NCBI GenBank assembly: GCA_049285595.1
Contig: JBAQAF010000036.1
Location: 21,910 to 85,909, forward strand
DNA length: 64,000 nt
Origin: Thermoplasmata archaeon
GTDB lineage: Archaea; Thermoplasmatota; Thermoplasmata; Lutacidiplasmatales; UBA184
Direction of reading: 5' to 3'
Below the pieces are notes generated by a model. That model saw only the letters and a program-made list of their open reading frames with translations, searched no databases and was not told the origin of the DNA. Position 1 is the first letter of the stretch; each line of letters starts with the position of its first letter. This document shows positions 60,257-64,000 of the stretch, in pieces. Position numbers and translations under genes: made by a program.

Positions 60257-63200
60257 ATGTCGAGTTGGAGTCGGACCATCGGAGTGTTCGCGTTGTTGAT
60301 CCTGATGACGCTCGGGTTTGGCGTGGGAGCGATCGCCGGGGAGGCGTTCTCTGCCCCGACGTCGGCTCACGCGGCGGGGTTCTCCGTGAGCGAGCTGTTG
60401 CAACCTTCGATCGGGTGGAGCGTCGCTCAACTGAAGGCGTCCGCTCCCACCGCTGCCCCCTACGACGAGCCTGGCCTCGACCTCTCGGGCGCCGCGTATC
60501 TCGGCGCTCCTCACCTCTCAACGCCCGCGAATCCCGCGGGCTCGATCGACCTACTGATCACCCTGGCGTTCTCGAACGAGTCGCGGTTGAACGCCCTACT
60601 CGCCTCCCTCTCGAACCCCTCCTCCGCTCAATACCATCACTACCTCACCGCGAACCAGTTCAACGAACAGTTCGGGGCTTCGTCGGCGGTGTACAACTCC
60701 CTCGACAGCTACCTTGCATCGTTCGGTGTGAGCGGTTTGACGACCCACCCCGATCGGCTCGCCCTGTCGTTCGAGGCGACTCCGGCGCAGGTCCAGTCGA
60801 TCTTCCACACCACGCTCGGCGCCTACGTCTCAGCCACCGGCCTGCCGTTCTATGCGCCCCGAACCGCCCCCGCGCTCCCGTCCCTCCTCACCCCCTACCT
60901 CGTGGACGTCGAGGGGCTGAGCAACTACTCGCAGTACGAGAACCACCTCGCGCCGATCGCTTCGTTGGAGGCGTCCGCCGCGGCGCTCGCGGGCGACGCG
61001 GCGACCGGTGGAGCGATCCACGCGGTCAGCGCGATCAACCCCCACGAGACGCCGCTCTCTCCCGGCGGCGCGAGCAATCCGTTCGCGAGCACGACCGTCA
61101 CCTCGAACGGTCTGACGAACTCCTACGACCAGCCCGTGATCCTGAACCTGAACGGCAAGAGCGGCACCTGCGACACGAACGACTGCGGTGAGTTCGTGCA
61201 GGCCCCGGACCTCCAGGTCGCCTACAACGAGACCGGTCTGTTCCAGCAGTACGGCTATCCGGTCAACGCGACGGTCGCCGCGGTCCTCTGGTCCGATACG
61301 ATCTGCCACGCCAATACGGGAACGTGCAGCGCCGACGCGTACTACAACTACTACTGTTCGACCCTCACCTCGGGAAGCGCCGCCTGGGACTTCTTCATGC
61401 CGGACGTGAATTCGTTCTGGAAGTACTCGATCCCGGCCGGCGAACCGATGCCGCGGGCCGTCTCGATGCCGATCACCGGCTACACGTATGCCTACCCTAC
61501 CGGTTCGCAAGGGTACTCGGCGTCCTGCGATGACGCCGAGGCCGAAGGAGAGAACACACTGGACGTCGACATGCTGGGGGCAATGGCCCCCGGCGCGAAC
61601 ATCTTCCAGGCGTTCGGAGGATCGTCGAGCAGCACGGCGATCGACACGGTCGTGGCGGATATCTTGAGCCCGGCCACGGCCGAGTTCTCGACCACGGGCG
61701 GCTTTGACACTGCGGCCAACGTCGGGGACCTCACGAACGTCAGCGTCATCAGCAACTCCTGGACGACGTCGGGGACGCTCCCGGCGGCGTTTACCACCGA
61801 CCTCAAGACGGCACAGGCCCGAGGGATCACCGTACTCGGAGCCACGGGCGACTCGGGAACGGCCTTGGCGCCGCCCGCCGAGATCGGTGCGAACACCTAC
61901 GGAACGGTCGCCGTCGGCGGAACGACGGACGCGTTCAACACGACGACCCTCCTGCGGGGAGCGCCCCACCTCGCTTCGGCCGCGGCTCCGTACTACGGCG
62001 TCGGGCGGGGAGAGATCGGCTGGTACGAGCCGAGCGGAAAGGTCGACGGGTTTACCAGTACGTATGGTGGTACGGGCGGGGTCGCCACCTCCACCACCTA
62101 CTACCGAGCCTCCTGGGTCAACGGCTCGAGCGACGCCCTGGGCGTAGCGAACGCCGTGCGAACCGGGAACTACCGACCCGCGCCGGATGTCTCCGCCATC
62201 GCCAACGACACGATCGTGGACCTGGACGCCGGACCGTACTCGCTGAACTTCACCTGCTGGATCACCACGAGTTGCACCGCGACCTCGTCGATGGCGGTGG
62301 GCGTCACTTCCGGTTCGGCGCCGACCGTCGGAGGTACGTACTTCATCGGCACCAGTATCTCCGCCCAGGTCGTCGCGGGCGAGATCGCTACGATCGACCA
62401 CTCGCTCTACACGCAGCACCAGGGGTGGCTCGGCTTCCTCGACCCGGCGGTCTATCCGATGGGTCAGAAGCAGTACGGCAGCGACCTGTCCCTCAAGTCG
62501 TTCTACGACGTCACGACGTACACCGATGCCGGCGGTCTGACCGCCAACTACGAAGCGAAGGTCGGCTACGATCTGGCCACGGGCTGGGGAGTTATCGACC
62601 CCGGAAACTATACCCGCAACACGCTGACCCACCCGATCACCTTCACCGAGTCGGGACTTCCGAGTGGGACCCACTGGTCGGTGACGCTGACGCCCCGCGT
62701 CGGCGATGCCAGTTGCACCGTGAGCGGCTCGGTCTGCACGAATCCGACCGTGACGTCCTCGACGACATCGACGATCGTCTTCAACGAGGCGTACGGCACC
62801 TTCGGGTACAAGATCAACCTCGTCGCGGGGTACTCCCCAGCGCCCGCCTCGGGGACGGTCACGGTGAACGGCGTGGCCGTCGGTGTGAGCATTGTCTTCA
62901 GCCAGGTCACGTACGCGGTCTCCTTCGGCGAATCCGGGCTCCCGTCCGGCACGCTCTGGACCGTTACGCTGAGCGGCACCCCCCACAGTTCGACGGGAAC
63001 GACGATCTCGGTCAGCGAACCGAACGGGACCTACGGCTACTCGGTCGGCGGAGTCGCCGGATACTCGGTGAGTCCGTCGTCCGGCTCGGTCACGGTGAAC
63101 GGAGCGAGCGTATCGACTGGGGTCGTCTTCAGCCCGACGACGTACTCGGTGGCGTTCAGCGAGAGCGGGCTGCCTTCGGGACAGACGTTCAAAGTAACGC

Positions 63201-64000
63201 TCGGCGGAGTGCCCGAGTCGCTCACGACGAATGGGGGAACGGACACCCTTTCGTTCGCCGTCGCGAACGGCACCGACGCCTACACGATCGCCGGCATCGC
63301 CGGTTTCAGTCAGGCGACGCTCCCGGCCAGCGGAAACGTCCTGGTCAACGGAGCCGCGGTGACCGAACCGACGCTCGTCTACACCCAGGTCTCGTATTCG
63401 GTGACGTTCACCGAGAGCGGACTCCCGGGGGGAACCTCCTGGACGGTCACGCTCAACAGCCTCCCGGCGAGCTCGACGGGAAGTTCGATCGGCTTCTCCG
63501 AGCCGAACGGGACATACGGCTTCGCCGTGAGCGGCGTTGCCGGCTACACGGCGTCCCCGGACGCGGGCTCCGTCACGGTCGACGGCGCGGCGACCGACGT
63601 GGCGATGGTCTTTACGCCCGTGTCGTACGTCGTCGCGTTCTCCGAGAGCGGCCTGCCTGCTGGGACGACGTTCCAGGTCACGCTGAACTCCGCGCCGGAG
63701 TCGATCGTGACCGACGGCAGTACGGACACCCTCTCGTTCTCGGTCGTGAACGGCAGTTACGGGTATGCGATCGCGGGTATCTCGGGCTACCACCAGTCGA
63801 CCCTCCCCGGGACCGGAACCGTGGTCGTCGACGGTTCGTCCGTCAGCGAACCGACGCTTCTCTATGGATCCGTGACCTACTCGGTCGGGTTCACCGAATC
63901 CGGCCTCCCCTCGGGGACCCTCTGGTCCGTGACGCTGAATGGGGACACGGAGAGCTCGACGGGGGTCTCGATCGGGTTCTCGGAGTCGAACGGGACGTAT
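60257..64000 (+). CDS. Sedolisin (peptidase S53, kumamolisin-like) pre-pro-enzyme with a long C-terminal array of shared modules; 3' end runs off the window
   Basis: Absent from the ORF track (no stop in the window). My translation from ATG 60257 gives the signal MSSWSRTIGVFALLILMTLGFGVGAIAGEAFS. The pro-kumamolisin-like activation domain reads LITLAFSNESRLNALLASLSNPSSAQYHHYLTANQFNEQFGAS...VQSIFHTTLGAY. The catalytic domain has DLQVAYNE, GENTLDVDMLGAMAPGANI, the Ser motif YFIGTSISAQVVAGE, and the Ca-site-like GYDLATGWGVID. At least 6 modules follow from 62636. Confidence 0.88.
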   Translation, partial: MSSWSRTIGVFALLILMTLGFGVGAIAGEAFSAPTSAHAAGFSVSELLQPSIGWSVAQLKASAPTAAPYDEPGLDLSGAAYLGAPHLSTPANPAGSIDLLITLAFSNESRLNALLASLSNPSSAQYHHYLTANQFNEQFGASSAVYNSLDSYLASFGVSGLTTHPDRLALSFEATPAQVQSIFHTTLGAYVSATGLPFYAPRTAPALPSLLTPYLVDVEGLSNYSQYENHLAPIASLEASAAALAGDAATGGAIHAVSAINPHETPLSPGGASNPFASTTVTSNGLTNSYDQPVILNLNGKSGTCDTNDCGEFVQAPDLQVAYNETGLFQQYGYPVNATVAAVLWSDTICHANTGTCSADAYYNYYCSTLTSGSAAWDFFMPDVNSFWKYSIPAGEPMPRAVSMPITGYTYAYPTGSQGYSASCDDAEAEGENTLDVDMLGAMAPGANIFQAFGGSSSSTAIDTVVADILSPATAEFSTTGGFDTAANVGDLTNVSVISNSWTTSGTLPAAFTTDLKTAQARGITVLGATGDSGTALAPPAEIGANTYGTVAVGGTTDAFNTTTLLRGAPHLASAAAPYYGVGRGEIGWYEPSGKVDGFTSTYGGTGGVATSTTYYRASWVNGSSDALGVANAVRTGNYRPAPDVSAIANDTIVDLDAGPYSLNFTCWITTSCTATSSMAVGVTSGSAPTVGGTYFIGTSISAQVVAGEIATIDHSLYTQHQGWLGFLDPAVYPMGQKQYGSDLSLKSFYDVTTYTDAGGLTANYEAKVGYDLATGWGVIDPGNYTRNTLTHPITFTESGLPSGTHWSVTLTPRVGDASCTVSGSVCTNPTVTSSTTSTIVFNEAYGTFGYKINLVAGYSPAPASGTVTVNGVAVGVSIVFSQVTYAVSFGESGLPSGTLWTVTLSGTPHSSTGTTISVSEPNGTYGYSVGGVAGYSVSPSSGSVTVNGASVSTGVVFSPTTYSVAFSESGLPSGQTFKVTLGGVPESLTTNGGTDTLSFAVANGTDAYTIAGIAGFSQATLPASGNVLVNGAAVTEPTLVYTQVSYSVTFTESGLPGGTSWTVTLNSLPASSTGSSIGFSEPNGTYGFAVSGVAGYTASPDAGSVTVDGAATDVAMVFTPVSYVVAFSESGLPAGTTFQVTLNSAPESIVTDGSTDTLSFSVVNGSYGYAIAGISGYHQSTLPGTGTVVVDGSSVSEPTLLYGSVTYSVGFTESGLPSGTLWSVTLNGDTESSTGVSIGFSESNGTY
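62636..64000 (+). repeat. Tandem in-frame module array inside the S53 gene; exact 483-bp (161-aa, two-module) periodicity from 62918
   Basis: Module starts, read in frame: 62636 ITFTESGLPSGTHWSVTL; 62918 VSFGESGLPSGTLWTVTL; 63149 VAFSESGLPSGQTFKVTL; 63401 VTFTESGLPGGTSWTVTL; 63632 VAFSESGLPAGTTFQVTL; 63884 VGFTESGLPSGTLWSVTL. The spacings are 282, 231, 252, 231 and 252 bp. An A-type (GTxW) and a B-type (TFxV) module therefore alternate as a 483-bp unit. Confidence 0.85.

Noticed and set aside
60830-63793. 987-aa minus-strand ORF, the longest complete ORF in this part of the track
   Set aside because: It is antisense to the open S53 reading frame. Its translation is R/G/D/V-rich low complexity (RDRIPVTAVHDREREGVRTAVGHDRLRRG...) with no motifs. 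The plus frame carries clear sedolisin motifs and the repeat modules. This is a typical GC-rich shadow ORF.
1-64000. CRISPR arrays, rRNA genes, IS elements or integrases
   Set aside because: I saw no regularly spaced 25-40-bp direct repeats, no rRNA-like conserved stretches, and no transposase, integrase or recombinase motifs in any frame I read. The tandem periodicity at 62.9-64 kb is in-frame protein-domain repetition, not a CRISPR.

Overview
GC-rich segment (about two-thirds G+C by eye, not computed) that reads as archaeal, plausibly a Thermoplasmatota-like lineage. This is inferred from gene content: short archaeal-type triosephosphate isomerase, PF02697-like VapB, thermopsin-like proteases, a GH15/GH57/GlgA glycogen cluster, and TATA-like boxes about 25 nt upstream of start codons. 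I support about 60 protein genes and found no rRNA, tRNA, CRISPR array, transposase or integrase. The ORF track accepts GTG/TTG starts and takes the longest ORF, so many 5' ends are trimmed here. It also misses genes under 60 aa and the two genes that run off the window edges. Layout: (1) 1-6.7 kb has PmbA/TldD, a VOC protein, IlvE and a Kelch+PKD surface protein. (2) 6.9-14.1 kb is a poorly conserved, lower-density stretch of small Cys-rich proteins, hypothetical membrane proteins, a ~740 bp non-coding gap and a VapBC module, with a 12-bp palindrome CATATGCATATG in two places. (3) 14-33 kb is housekeeping: AP-family phosphodiesterase, a ComA-like/wHTH fusion, SDR, ROK kinase + GH15 + GT2 + PHP + GH57 + GlgA, a CPA2 antiporter, Tag, TpiA, Acs, and a methyltransferase. 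(4) 33.2-35.9 kb encodes an unusual multi-TM + ~380-aa coiled-coil + degenerate KaiC/RecA-like protein. (5) 36-42 kb has a dehydrogenase, VOC, HAD, SatP, and an RCK K+ channel with a non-canonical filter. (6) 42.2-64 kb is a surface-proteome island with two thermopsin-like/beta-helix giants, two YVTN beta-propeller giants and a sedolisin (S53) running off the window. All five share one repeat module (h-x-F-x-E-S/T-G-L-P-x-G-T-x-W) that I cannot assign to a named family. The best candidates for something undescribed are that shared module and island, and the membrane-anchored coiled-coil KaiC-like pseudo-ATPase. All family calls come from reading motifs in the translations; no database search was run.
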